Source: Candidatus Saccharimonadales bacterium (lineage in GTDB: Bacteria > Patescibacteriota > Saccharimonadia > Saccharimonadales > UBA4665). From it: 59,375 nt of DNA. Shown piece by piece: positions 39,747 through 48,264 of this stretch. Where the stretch lies: the NCBI GenBank assembly GCA_039809105.1, contig JBDHUJ010000001.1, positions 1 through 59,375 of the forward strand, in the 5' to 3' direction. Position 1 is the first letter of the stretch. Every line of letters begins with the position of its first letter. Under the pieces are notes generated by a model, which did no database searches, was not told where the DNA came from, and worked only from the letters and a program-made list of their open reading frames with translations. A program made the translations under genes and the position numbers.

Positions 39747-40814
39747 CTACCCGACTCGGACCGGAATGGTATTGTAGTCGCCGCGTTCCATTGCCACTGG
39801 TTGGCGCGCGTAGGTGCGCTCGGGAGTTGGCAAGCTGTTGCTGGCTGTCGTGTTGCTTTCTTCCGGCACTCCTACGGGCTCCACACCGCCAGAGGCGGGG
39901 ATGGGTACCAGTTCGAGCTGCGGCCGGAGCGGCAGAAGCACCGAGGCTGGCGACGGACGGCCCAGCAATGGCTCTGCGCTGGCACGCTGGCGTTCGCGCT
40001 CGGCCTGTTTGGCGGCATCGGCCTGGAACAGGCTGCTATAGCGCATTTGGGCGTTGCGGCGGTTTATAAGCCAGACGATGCCGATGCCCATCTGGTACAT
40101 GATGATAATGGGGATGACGACCAGCAGCTGGTCGACGATGTTCGGCGTGGGGTTCATTATGAACGCTGCGATAAACGCAAAAACTATCACCGCCCGTTCC
40201 GCTTTGAACATGGTCTTCGGCGAGAGCGGCTTTATGCGGTTGATGATAACGAGTATAAGTGGCAGCTGGAACATTATAGCCGCGCCGACCATGTATGCGG
40301 TGACGAAGCTGAAGTACGACTGGATGCTTATCATCGCTTCGACCTGGTTGCTATGGAACTGCTGGTGGAAGAGGAAATGCAGAGCGGCCGGCAGGCCTGC
40401 GAAGTAGCCGAACAATATGCCGGCGATGGCAAGCAGTCCCGAAACGGTACTGCAGATGTAGATAAACTTCATCGTCGTCTGACGCATGAGTGGGAACAGG
40501 AACTTCAGCGCGTTGTATACGATGACGGGTACGCTCAGTGCGATGCCCACGAACAGACAGACACTGAAGAGGAAATTCACGCCGCCCATCGGCGAAGTGT
40601 AGACGAACTGCTGGCCGTGGCTGGGGCGCAACAAAATATCTATGAGTTGCTGTTCCACCCCATAGGCTGCTGCGCTCCAAGCGATAATAGAAACGGCGAC
40701 ATATACTAGCCGCCGTTTCAGTTCCCGTAAATGTTCGCTTAGAGGAGCTTTTGTGTTGGCCGGACGACTAGCTTTGGCTAGTTTCGTTGCCGGCTTTCTT
40801 TTTGTCGTCCTCAT
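39747..40814 (-). CDS. tatC: Twin-arginine translocase subunit TatC (with a roughly 90-aa C-terminal extension)
   Basis: LSEHLRELKRRLVYVAVSI and six TM helices. Long Pro/Ala-rich tail. Confidence 0.9.
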   Translation of the reverse strand: MRTTKRKPATKLAKASRPANTKAPLSEHLRELKRRLVYVAVSIIAWSAAAYGVEQQLIDILLRPSHGQQFVYTSPMGGVNFLFSVCLFVGIALSVPVIVYNALKFLFPLMRQTTMKFIYICSTVSGLLAIAGILFGYFAGLPAALHFLFHQQFHSNQVEAMISIQSYFSFVTAYMVGAAIMFQLPLILVIINRIKPLSPKTMFKAERAVIVFAFIAAFIMNPTPNIVDQLLVVIPIIIMYQMGIGIVWLINRRNAQMRYSSLFQADAAKQAERERQRASAEPLLGRPSPASVLLPLRPQLELVPIPASGGVEPVGVPEESNTTASNSLPTPERTYARQPVAMERGDYNTIPVRVG

Positions 40815-40971
40815 CGCTATTTAGTCCCTTGCGTAGTTCGCGTGCGGATTGACCGACGCTTTTTGACAGTTCAGGCAATTTCTTTGCACCGAACAACAGG
40901 ACGACGATAGCTAAAATGATGAGCAAACCCGGTGTCGACAAGTCGCCCAAGATTGCGAAATTTGTTACCAT
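40768..40971 (-). CDS. tatA: Twin-arginine translocase subunit TatA/E
   Basis: LLIILAIVVLLFGAKKLPELSKSVGQSARELRKG. The 3' end overlaps the annotated tatC start by 47 nt. Confidence 0.85.
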   Translation of the reverse strand: MVTNFAILGDLSTPGLLIILAIVVLLFGAKKLPELSKSVGQSARELRKGLNSDEDDKKKAGNETSQS

Positions 40972-41078
40972 ACCTACTTACCCTCGCTTTTCTTATTGCT
41001 AATGGCTAACATGATGATATCATAAATACAGGAAGTCAACAATAAATAGTAAAATTAACGATAAAAAGGAACAGCGAC

Positions 41079-41336
41079 ATGGCACAGTACACACTTTTAT
41101 TCGCAGCCACCTACGGGTCAAGCACGTACAACTTGGGCGAGTATAATAGCGCTACTTCGACCTCGACGGGGGCTGGCGGGAGTGCTGCGGCTGGCGGGTC
41201 GTCGGCACTTGCCAACACGGGTATCGCGGTGGCTGCTATTGTGGCGCTCGCGGCGACTGTGTTGCTGGTAGCCATGGTTGTCCGCGTTTGGAAGCGGAAG
41301 CGGTCCGTTTCTCCTCTGGCCGAATCTGCCGAATAG
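41079..41336 (+). CDS. Small secreted protein with LANTG sorting signal
   Basis: 85 aa ending ...SSALANTGIAVAAIVALAATVLLVAMVVRVWKRKR, which is an LAxTG motif, a TM helix and a basic tail. Confidence 0.65.
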   Translation: MAQYTLLFAATYGSSTYNLGEYNSATSTSTGAGGSAAAGGSSALANTGIAVAAIVALAATVLLVAMVVRVWKRKRSVSPLAESAE

Positions 41337-41481
41337 CTAGTTCACTATCACTGTCATTCCCGCGAACGCGGGAATCCATTCTACCCAAGGAACTGGTTGG
41401 AAGTGTGGTTGAGCCAGATGAGCAGGCCCAGGCTAACAACCAGGAGACCGAGCAGTATCCAGAATTTGGTTTTTTCGCTCA

Positions 41482-42078
41482 CTAGTTTGTCTCCTTTTCG
41501 GCAACCACTACCAGGCGGTTCTTAGGGTTCCACAGCGGGGTACAGGTGTACATGGTCAGGCGGGCGTCGGTGGTCTGGTCGGTGATGGACGTTTCGGTGG
41601 GCGGAACCTCGCGGACGCTCGTCACCTTGTACGCATACTGCTGGTTGCTCCACACGATGCCGATTTCGTCGCCGACCTGCACCTTATCCATGTAGTAAAA
41701 AATACCTTTCGGGTTCGTGTAGGTGAACCGGTGGCCCACTAGCACCGTATTGCCGCCTTTGTCGGGGGTGCTGCCGAGCGGCCAGCGCCAGATGCCCTTG
41801 TCGAGCACCTTGTACGTGTCCTTGACCGGCGCTTCCAAGATGGGCGTCTTCAGCAGCATCGAAGGTACGATAAGCGTGTTCGGCTGGTTTTGTGGTGTTT
41901 CTTTGGCCGGTGCGTGAACCTGTGCACGCAGGCTTTTCTGCGTCGCGGTATGGTTCGAGCGCCACCAATACTCCAGCTTCGGCAGCTGCGGCGCCAAGAT
42001 TATGTACCCGTTTATGATGACGATGAGCGCCAGTAGTATATCGTTGACGCGTTTCAGTGGGACGTGCATGTGCTTCAT
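41482..42078 (-). CDS. Sortase-family transpeptidase
   Basis: N-terminal TM, NTVLVGHR (catalytic His) and LTMYTCTP (TLxTC Cys). Confidence 0.88.
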   Translation of the reverse strand: MKHMHVPLKRVNDILLALIVIINGYIILAPQLPKLEYWWRSNHTATQKSLRAQVHAPAKETPQNQPNTLIVPSMLLKTPILEAPVKDTYKVLDKGIWRWPLGSTPDKGGNTVLVGHRFTYTNPKGIFYYMDKVQVGDEIGIVWSNQQYAYKVTSVREVPPTETSITDQTTDARLTMYTCTPLWNPKNRLVVVAEKETN

Positions 42079-42213
42079 TATAGAGCCTTGGAGTGATGTT
42101 GCATGTTTCAGTGAGCATGTTTCAAAGATGTTTCATGTATCATGGTTCCGAACCCGATACCCGATACATGCTACATCTCTGCTACATGTTCCATGTTACG
42201 CGAAACATGCTGG

Positions 42214-42714
42214 CTAGTCTGTTTTGCTCTTTTGGGCGAAGTAGTTGATTTCGTTGACGACATCGAGGAGCGCCTGCGCTTTGGCCTTTTCGTCGGTAAT
42301 CTGCTGGGCGGCTTCGTACGCGGTTTTTATAAGCGCCTGGTTGTCGGCGCCCTGGATGAGCATCATGGTGGTGCGGAATTTTTCTTCGGGAGTCTGGTCG
42401 AGCTTGTCCACCAGTGGCTCGAGCTGGGAAAGAGCCTGCTGTTTCAGGGAAAGCAGGTCGGCGTCGAACGGCTTGGTGGTAGAAGGGGCGGGGGTGTCCG
42501 TAGCCGGCGTGCTGTCATCGGTGCTGGTATCGGTGGGTGTGTCGTCGGCGGCCGGTGTTGTCTGAGGGGTAACGACAGTGACGGCGTCTTGGTTCAGCGC
42601 GGAGTTCTGGCCGTCTGAAGGCCCATCGGCCTCGAAATTGTCCGGAATAGAAGGCAGGCCAGCGGTGCCCGACGGGTCGATATCCGGCGCTTTGTTGGCA
42701 AACGTCGTTGTCAT
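42214..42714 (-). CDS. Hypothetical acidic protein
   Basis: ATG 42714 has an AGGAG SD and lies within ORF 42214..42786. No motif recognised. Confidence 0.5.
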   Translation of the reverse strand: MTTTFANKAPDIDPSGTAGLPSIPDNFEADGPSDGQNSALNQDAVTVVTPQTTPAADDTPTDTSTDDSTPATDTPAPSTTKPFDADLLSLKQQALSQLEPLVDKLDQTPEEKFRTTMMLIQGADNQALIKTAYEAAQQITDEKAKAQALLDVVNEINYFAQKSKTD

Positions 42715-42894
42715 ATCGTTGCTCCTGGTGTTAGTGCCGGTGCCGGCGTTGGCAAGTCGTGCGTTATCTTGGTGCCCAAACAACATGTGTTCCCCCTAAG
42801 CGGCCGAAGCCGCGATTCCCAAATCACAAATTCCAAATTACAATAGGAATATAGTACCAAAGTTTGCCGATAAGCAATAGGGGGATGAAGATAT

Positions 42895-43938
42895 ATGCTC
42901 GATGACCTCAAGAAAATCCACGAACGTGACCCTGGGGACGCACTCGGCGTCGCCGAAAAGCAGGCGGAGCAGTACCGGCACCAGTTCGGTTTTGCCTGGG
43001 AGCCGAGCCAGCCGATTCATAGCGTCGTAGTAGCCGGTATGGGTGGTTCGGCGCTGGCTGCCAAAGCGTACAAGGTTTCGCCGGGGCTCCAAGTGCCGTT
43101 CGAAATCGTACAGGACTACGACTTGCCGGATTGGGCCGATGCGAATACTTTGCTTATCTGTTCGAGCTACTCGGGCAACACCGAAGAGACGGTGAGCGTG
43201 CTCGAGCAGGCGCTTGACGACGAACGGCCGTACCCGCGGCCGATGATAGTCGTGGTGGCCTCGGGCGGTACGCTGCTTGCACTGGCCGAAAAGCACAAAC
43301 TGCCGTTTATTCAGCTCCCCGGCCAGTACCAGCCGCGCTTTACCTTCGGGTTCCAGTACCGGGCGCTGGCGGAAATTTTTAACGCCACGCCACTTCAGGA
43401 TGCATTCCTGCCGGTGCTCGAGGCTGCCGCCGGGGCATTGCCGGACCACATCGCCCAGTACGTGCCGGCCAAGCCCACGGCGCAGAACCAGGCCAAGCAA
43501 CTGGCGCTCGAGATGATGGGCAAGTCTGTGGTAGTGTATGCCGGTCCCAGGCTCGCACCCGTGGCTTACAAGTGGAAAATCAGCTGCAACGAAAACGCCA
43601 AACACGTCGCCTGGTGGAACCAGTTTCCCGAATTCAACCACAACGAATTCATGGGCTGGACACGGCAGCCGGAACAGAAGCCGTATGCCGTTGTCGAGCT
43701 CCGCAGCGGGCTCGAGCACCCGCGCATCCAGAAGCGTTTCGAAATCTCGGATAAGCTGCTTTCGGGTCTCCGGCCGGCGCCGTTCGTGGTCGAGGCGGCC
43801 GGCAAGAGTCTGCTGGAGCAAACGATGCAGCTGATTGCACTGGGTGATTTCGCGAGTATGTACCTGGCAATTTTGGGGAACATAAACCCAACGCCGGTCG
43901 ACCTGATAGAAAAGTTGAAGAAAGAGCTGGCGAAATAG
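42895..43938 (+). CDS. Bifunctional phosphoglucose/phosphomannose isomerase (SIS domain)
   Basis: VVVAGMGGSALAA, SYSGNTEET and VAYKWKISCNENAKH...FPEFNHNEFMGW. Confidence 0.85.
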   Translation: MLDDLKKIHERDPGDALGVAEKQAEQYRHQFGFAWEPSQPIHSVVVAGMGGSALAAKAYKVSPGLQVPFEIVQDYDLPDWADANTLLICSSYSGNTEETVSVLEQALDDERPYPRPMIVVVASGGTLLALAEKHKLPFIQLPGQYQPRFTFGFQYRALAEIFNATPLQDAFLPVLEAAAGALPDHIAQYVPAKPTAQNQAKQLALEMMGKSVVVYAGPRLAPVAYKWKISCNENAKHVAWWNQFPEFNHNEFMGWTRQPEQKPYAVVELRSGLEHPRIQKRFEISDKLLSGLRPAPFVVEAAGKSLLEQTMQLIALGDFASMYLAILGNINPTPVDLIEKLKKELAK

Positions 43939-43940
43939 CT

Positions 43941-44381
43941 ATGGCAGATACCACTCCTCCGGTGTACGACCCGAAAAGCTTCGATACAAACCCGTACGTG
44001 CGACGGGTGGAAAAACCCTGGGGCTACGAGCTGCACTGGGTGCGGGCCGACGCGCCGTACATCGGTAAACTGCTGCATGTGAACGCCGGCGCGCGGTTGA
44101 GTTTGCAGGTGCACGACACGAAGCAGGAAAGCTGGTTCCTTATGAGCGGCCGGGCGGCGGTGATATGGGAGGACGAATCTGGCCAACTGGTCGAGACCGA
44201 GTTGCGGCCGGGGTGGGGCTACAGCACCAAAATCGGCCAGAAACACCGGTTAAAGGGCATCACCGATGCCGACATCATAGAAGTCTCAACCCCCGAAGCC
44301 GGCACGACGTATCGTTTGGAAGATGACTACGCCCGCCCCGACGAAACTCCCGAGCAGCGCCGCAAAGAACGCGGCGAGTAG
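43941..44381 (+). CDS. Cupin-domain protein (mannose-6-phosphate isomerase type II C-terminal-like)
   Basis: EKPWGYELHW...LHVNAGARLSLQVHDTKQESWFLMSG. Confidence 0.78.
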   Translation: MADTTPPVYDPKSFDTNPYVRRVEKPWGYELHWVRADAPYIGKLLHVNAGARLSLQVHDTKQESWFLMSGRAAVIWEDESGQLVETELRPGWGYSTKIGQKHRLKGITDADIIEVSTPEAGTTYRLEDDYARPDETPEQRRKERGE

Positions 44382-44385
44382 ACAA

Positions 44386-44726
44386 GTTCTCAGTCGGATA
44401 GTTCTCAGTTCTCAGAAAAGCCCAGAAGCTACCACAAACCAAAAGCATTGCGGCTCGCGACTAGCGAGCCTGTCTCTGACTCCCGGTCTGCAGTCCGGAA
44501 GGGTAGCCCGGCTAGCCGCTGCAACGCAAAGCGGCTACCGAGCGTAGGGAAACCCGCGGGTTTCCCTGTCAGACTATGAACGTCCTACGCTGGAAGACAC
44601 ACGCAGTGTGGAGCCGTCTACAGGCTTCTTACTCATCCCCGTTCCCGGACATGCAGCCAACGCTCAGACCAAAAACGTCCGGGCGTACCCAGACTCGTCA
44701 GACCAGCGGAAGCTGGGATGACAAAC
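44386..44726 (+). repeat. Family A structured repeat, copy 2 (about 340 nt)
   Basis: Collinear with 20087-20458, with compensatory differences in several stems. Confidence 0.9.
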
Positions 44727-44813
44727 ACCCGTGAATGCCGTAACCTGTAACCAATACTGCAGCATTTCTCCAGCCAAGCACAGTAGACTAGAAGCAGTAA
44801 ACAAGGGACTCAT

Positions 44814-45482
44814 ATGAAACTACTCGTTGTCGAAGACGAAGCAAAAATCGCAGCCAGCCTGCAAAAGGGCCTCAGCGCCGAAGGCTACGTGGTGGATGTG
44901 GCGAACGACGGCGACATGGCCGAAACCCTGGCCAGTACGACCGAATACGACCTGGTGCTCCTGGACTGGATGATACCCGGCACATACGACGGCCCGGGCC
45001 TGATAACGCTCTGGCACGAACAGGGCAAGCACATGCCGGTGCTGATGCTGACGGCTCGTGGCACCATCGGCGACCGCGTGAAAGGTCTCGACACGGGTGC
45101 TGACGATTATTTGCCAAAACCCTTCGCCTACGACGAACTGCTGGCACGCATCCGTGCACTGCTCCGCCGCCCGACGGGCGGGAGCGGTGCCAGCTACACC
45201 ATAAAAGACGTAACGCTCGACAGTGTTTCCAAAACCGTCAAAAAAGGCGGCAAGCCGGTGCATCTGACCGCCAAAGAATTCCAGTTGCTCGAATACCTCG
45301 CTGCCCGGCGCGGCGAAGTGCTCAGCAAGGACCAGCTGCTGGACCACGTCTGGGCGGACGAAGACCGCGTGCAGCACAACACTGTTGAGACGTTTGTGGC
45401 GAACTTACGCAAGAAGGTGGATAAGCCGGGCGGTGAAAATATTGTCCGGACTGTCCGTGGCTTCGGGTATAGTGTAGATTAG
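44814..45482 (+). CDS. OmpR-family response regulator
   Basis: KLLVVEDE, LVLLDWMIPG and a winged-helix C-terminus (VRTVRGFGY). Confidence 0.95.
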   Translation: MKLLVVEDEAKIAASLQKGLSAEGYVVDVANDGDMAETLASTTEYDLVLLDWMIPGTYDGPGLITLWHEQGKHMPVLMLTARGTIGDRVKGLDTGADDYLPKPFAYDELLARIRALLRRPTGGSGASYTIKDVTLDSVSKTVKKGGKPVHLTAKEFQLLEYLAARRGEVLSKDQLLDHVWADEDRVQHNTVETFVANLRKKVDKPGGENIVRTVRGFGYSVD

Positions 45483-45485
45483 CAA

Positions 45486-45609
45486 GGACATGCGTAGAAC
45501 GGCACATTACTGGGCGAAAAGCTCCGCTCCTCATTCCGTCGTACTATCTAGTACGCCTCCATTCCGGTGCTCGCTTTTCATCCCAGACTGCACCATTCTA
45601 CGCATGTCC
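45486..45609. repeat. Family E palindromic element, copy 1 (between the RR and HK genes)
   Basis: GGACATGCGTAGAACGGCAC...GCACCATTCTACGCATGTCC. Core shared with 46680-46802. Confidence 0.9.
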
Positions 45610-45625
45610 CAGGGAGGCAATTTAG

Positions 45626-46657
45626 GTGTTTGAGTCGGCTCGGTTAAAGCTTACCTTGTTCTATCTGGCGGCCTTGTTGGCGTTCAGTCTGGTGCTGACC
45701 TTCGGCCTGCGCGCCTTCGTGCAAGCCGAATTCAACCGCGCCAACGACGCGCAGCGCGGCGCCGTCCAACAGCTTGGCCAACAGTACTGGACCAAGCGCT
45801 CGTTCCAGGGCAACGACATGCCGCCGCCAGCCCAGAACTTCGCCCGCCTGCAAGACGAACAGGCGGCCGATACCCAGACTCGCCTGACGCGTGAATTCGT
45901 GCTGCTCAATCTGCTGGTATTTGTCATCGGCGCGTTCGTCAGCTACTGGTATGCCGGCCGGACGCTCAAGCCGATTCAGGATGCACACGAACAGCAGAAG
46001 CGATTTACCAGCGACGCCAGTCACGAATTGCGTACGCCGCTGGCCAGCATGCGCCTGGAGAACGAGATTTTCCTGCGGCAGAAGGCGTTCAGTGACCAGG
46101 AGGTCCGCGACCAGATAAGCAGCAACCTGGAGGAAGTTTCACGCTTGGAGCGGCTCACCACCAGTCTGCTTGACCTCAGCCGCTACGAAACGGCCAAGCT
46201 CAAGTTCCGGAAGCTCCAGGCTCAGGACATCGCGGCCGAAGCCATGGCGAATGCCGCCAAGGCGCCGGCCGCTACTGGCATCAAGTTCATAAACAGCGCC
46301 GCCAAGGCGACCGTGCTGGGCGACAAGGACAGCCTGACGCAGCTTATCAACATCCTGCTCGATAACGCGGTCAAATACGGCCCCCAAGACGGCATCGTGG
46401 AAGTGGCCGGTGTGGTGCATGGCGGTGAATACACCCTGGCGGTCCGCGACCACGGCAAGGGAATAACCGAGGCAGACCTGCCGCGTGTGTTCGAGCGCAT
46501 GTACCGCGGTGACAAGGCTCGCAGCAACAGCGTGCCCGGTCATGGCATCGGTCTGAGCCTGGCGCAGCAGATTGCCGCTGCAAACAACGCCACGTTGACC
46601 GCCGCCAACCATCCGAAGGGCGGCGCCGTCTTTAGTCTTACTCTCCCCAAAGCCTAA
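45626..46657 (+). CDS. Sensor histidine kinase
   Basis: Two TM helices, H-box FTSDASHELRTPL, then N/G boxes (DNAVKYG, GHGIGLSLA). GTG start with a GGGAGG SD. Confidence 0.9.
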   Translation: MFESARLKLTLFYLAALLAFSLVLTFGLRAFVQAEFNRANDAQRGAVQQLGQQYWTKRSFQGNDMPPPAQNFARLQDEQAADTQTRLTREFVLLNLLVFVIGAFVSYWYAGRTLKPIQDAHEQQKRFTSDASHELRTPLASMRLENEIFLRQKAFSDQEVRDQISSNLEEVSRLERLTTSLLDLSRYETAKLKFRKLQAQDIAAEAMANAAKAPAATGIKFINSAAKATVLGDKDSLTQLINILLDNAVKYGPQDGIVEVAGVVHGGEYTLAVRDHGKGITEADLPRVFERMYRGDKARSNSVPGHGIGLSLAQQIAAANNATLTAANHPKGGAVFSLTLPKA

Positions 46658-46679
46658 GCCTGGTAATTTTCAATTTACA

Positions 46680-46802
46680 GGACTTACGTGGGAACGGCAC
46701 ATTTCCGGCGAAAACTTCCGTTCCTCATTCCGCCGTACTGCTAGTACGCCTCCATTCCGGTACTCGCTTTTCATCCGAAACTGCACCATTTTGCGTAAGT
46801 CC
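46680..46802. mobile_element. Family E palindromic element, copy 2, with ATTTACA flanking direct repeat
   Basis: GGACTTACGTGGGAACGGCAC...GCACCATTTTGCGTAAGTCC. ATTTACA occurs at 46673-46679 and 46804-46810. Confidence 0.8.
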
Positions 46803-46988
46803 TATTTACAATTTTCATTCAATTCTCAATGGTCAATTCTCAAACTTTCTGCGGCAGGGCGTCTTATTTGAAAATTGTGGCATTGATTCATTGATTGAAA
46901 ATTGCAAAATTGGAAATTGAAAATTGCGAGCTGGCACAATCCGACTCTTTGTCTGCTGGTCGCGGCCATCTACGGTATAATTCAAAGC

Positions 46989-47663
46989 ATGGACGTACAG
47001 CGCTTAAGCGCACGAAAACGGGTGGTGCTGGGTTTGGTCGGCCTCAGCCTGGTCAGTGTCATGTTCCTGGTGGTACAGATAGTAAAGACCAGCAGCACAC
47101 AGTACTGGTACCTGACATGGAACTTGTTTCTGGCCTGGATTCCGCTGATTCTTACCGGTGTTCTGCTGCGGTTGCTCCGCACTCGATTGTGGTCGCAGTG
47201 GCTGCCGGCCCTGGTGACGTTTGCCTGGCTTATCATGCTGCCCAACACGTTTTACATGATAAGCGACTTCATACATATCAAAGAAATGCCGAATGCCGAA
47301 CTGCTGTATGGGGTAGTAGTGTTCACCTCGTTCATCTTTACTGCTGCGCTCATCGGCTTCAGCAGCCTGTATGTGGTGCACGCCGAGCTGCGGCGCCGGC
47401 TAGGGCACCAGGTGTCGTCGGTGCTCGTCGCAATCATCTTGTTGGCCTGCAGCTTCGCGATTTACCTGGGGCGTGACCTGCGTTGGAACAGCTGGGATAT
47501 ACTCATCAACCCGGCGGGCATCCTCTTTGACGTCACGGACCGGCTCGTGCACCCGCTGGGCCATCCCGGCATACTTACGACCACGCTCAGTTTCTTTATC
47601 TTGCTCGGCAGTCTGTACATAGTTGGCTGGCAAATCGGCGAAGCCACCCGCGAAAAGAATTGA
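46989..47663 (+). CDS. Polytopic membrane protein (DUF1361-like)
   Basis: WNLFLAWIP and LPNTFYMISDFIHI patterns. ATG 46989 lies within ORF 46902..47663. Confidence 0.55.
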   Translation: MDVQRLSARKRVVLGLVGLSLVSVMFLVVQIVKTSSTQYWYLTWNLFLAWIPLILTGVLLRLLRTRLWSQWLPALVTFAWLIMLPNTFYMISDFIHIKEMPNAELLYGVVVFTSFIFTAALIGFSSLYVVHAELRRRLGHQVSSVLVAIILLACSFAIYLGRDLRWNSWDILINPAGILFDVTDRLVHPLGHPGILTTTLSFFILLGSLYIVGWQIGEATREKN

Positions 47664-47723
47664 AATGTGAAATCTGAAATAGGAAAGGTGACTCATTTGG
47701 GAAGGGTATGTTTGCATGGCGTC

Positions 47724-47752
47724 TTGACGTCATGACGTCATGGCGCTATGAT
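47724..47752 (+). promoter_or_regulatory. Promoter TTGACG-17-TATGAT overlapping the perfect 16-bp palindrome TGACGTCATGACGTCA (47725-47740)
   Basis: Autoregulated TA-promoter layout. The -10 ends 7 nt before ATG 47760. Confidence 0.65.
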
Positions 47753-47759
47753 GGTACGT

Positions 47760-47993
47760 ATGAGTGATACCACCGAAAAAACCACCATCTATCTGGATCC
47801 GCAGGTAAAGAAAGGCGTGCAATACTACGCGCTACGCGACAATACTAGCCTGTCGCAGATTATCAATACCCAGCTTGAAGAGTACATAGAAGATATGACG
47901 GATGTTGCGGAGGTGGCAAAGCGTATGAAACATCCAGAGTTCGTTCCGTGGGAGGAAGTGAAGCGGCAGCTGAAAGCCGATGGCCTCCTATAG
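47760..47993 (+). CDS. RHH-type antitoxin (RelB/DinJ/CopG-like)
   Basis: TTIYLDPQVKKGVQYYALRDNTSLSQIINTQLEEYI. Overlaps the toxin start. Track start 47748 lies inside the -10 box. Confidence 0.72.
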   Translation: MSDTTEKTTIYLDPQVKKGVQYYALRDNTSLSQIINTQLEEYIEDMTDVAEVAKRMKHPEFVPWEEVKRQLKADGLL

Positions 47994-48240
47994 GATAATT
48001 TTCGAGAAACGCGCTGAAAAGGAGCTGCGCAAGCTGCCTGCCGCAGCGCGTACACGCGTAAAAAACGCTGTCGATAAGCTTGAACATGAACCATGGCCCG
48101 TAGCATCACGGCATATGGTCGGCTTCGATGGCTATCGGTTGCGTGTCGGGGACTATCGCATTATTTACACCGTGAACCAGCAGATTGTTACGATTGTCGT
48201 CGTAAGAATCGGCCACCGCCGGGAAATCTACAAACGCTAG
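47980..48240 (+). CDS. RelE/ParE-family toxin
   Basis: YRIIFEKRAEKELRKLP...YRLRVGDYRIIYTVNQQIVTIVVVRIGHRREIY. Confidence 0.85.
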   Translation: MASYRIIFEKRAEKELRKLPAAARTRVKNAVDKLEHEPWPVASRHMVGFDGYRLRVGDYRIIYTVNQQIVTIVVVRIGHRREIYKR

Positions 48241-48264
48241 AGGAGCTCTGGTATACTAACAGGG

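Noticed and set aside
42838-43821. 327-aa minus-strand ORF
   Set aside because: It is antisense to the PGI/PMI gene, which has clear SIS and PGI_C motifs.
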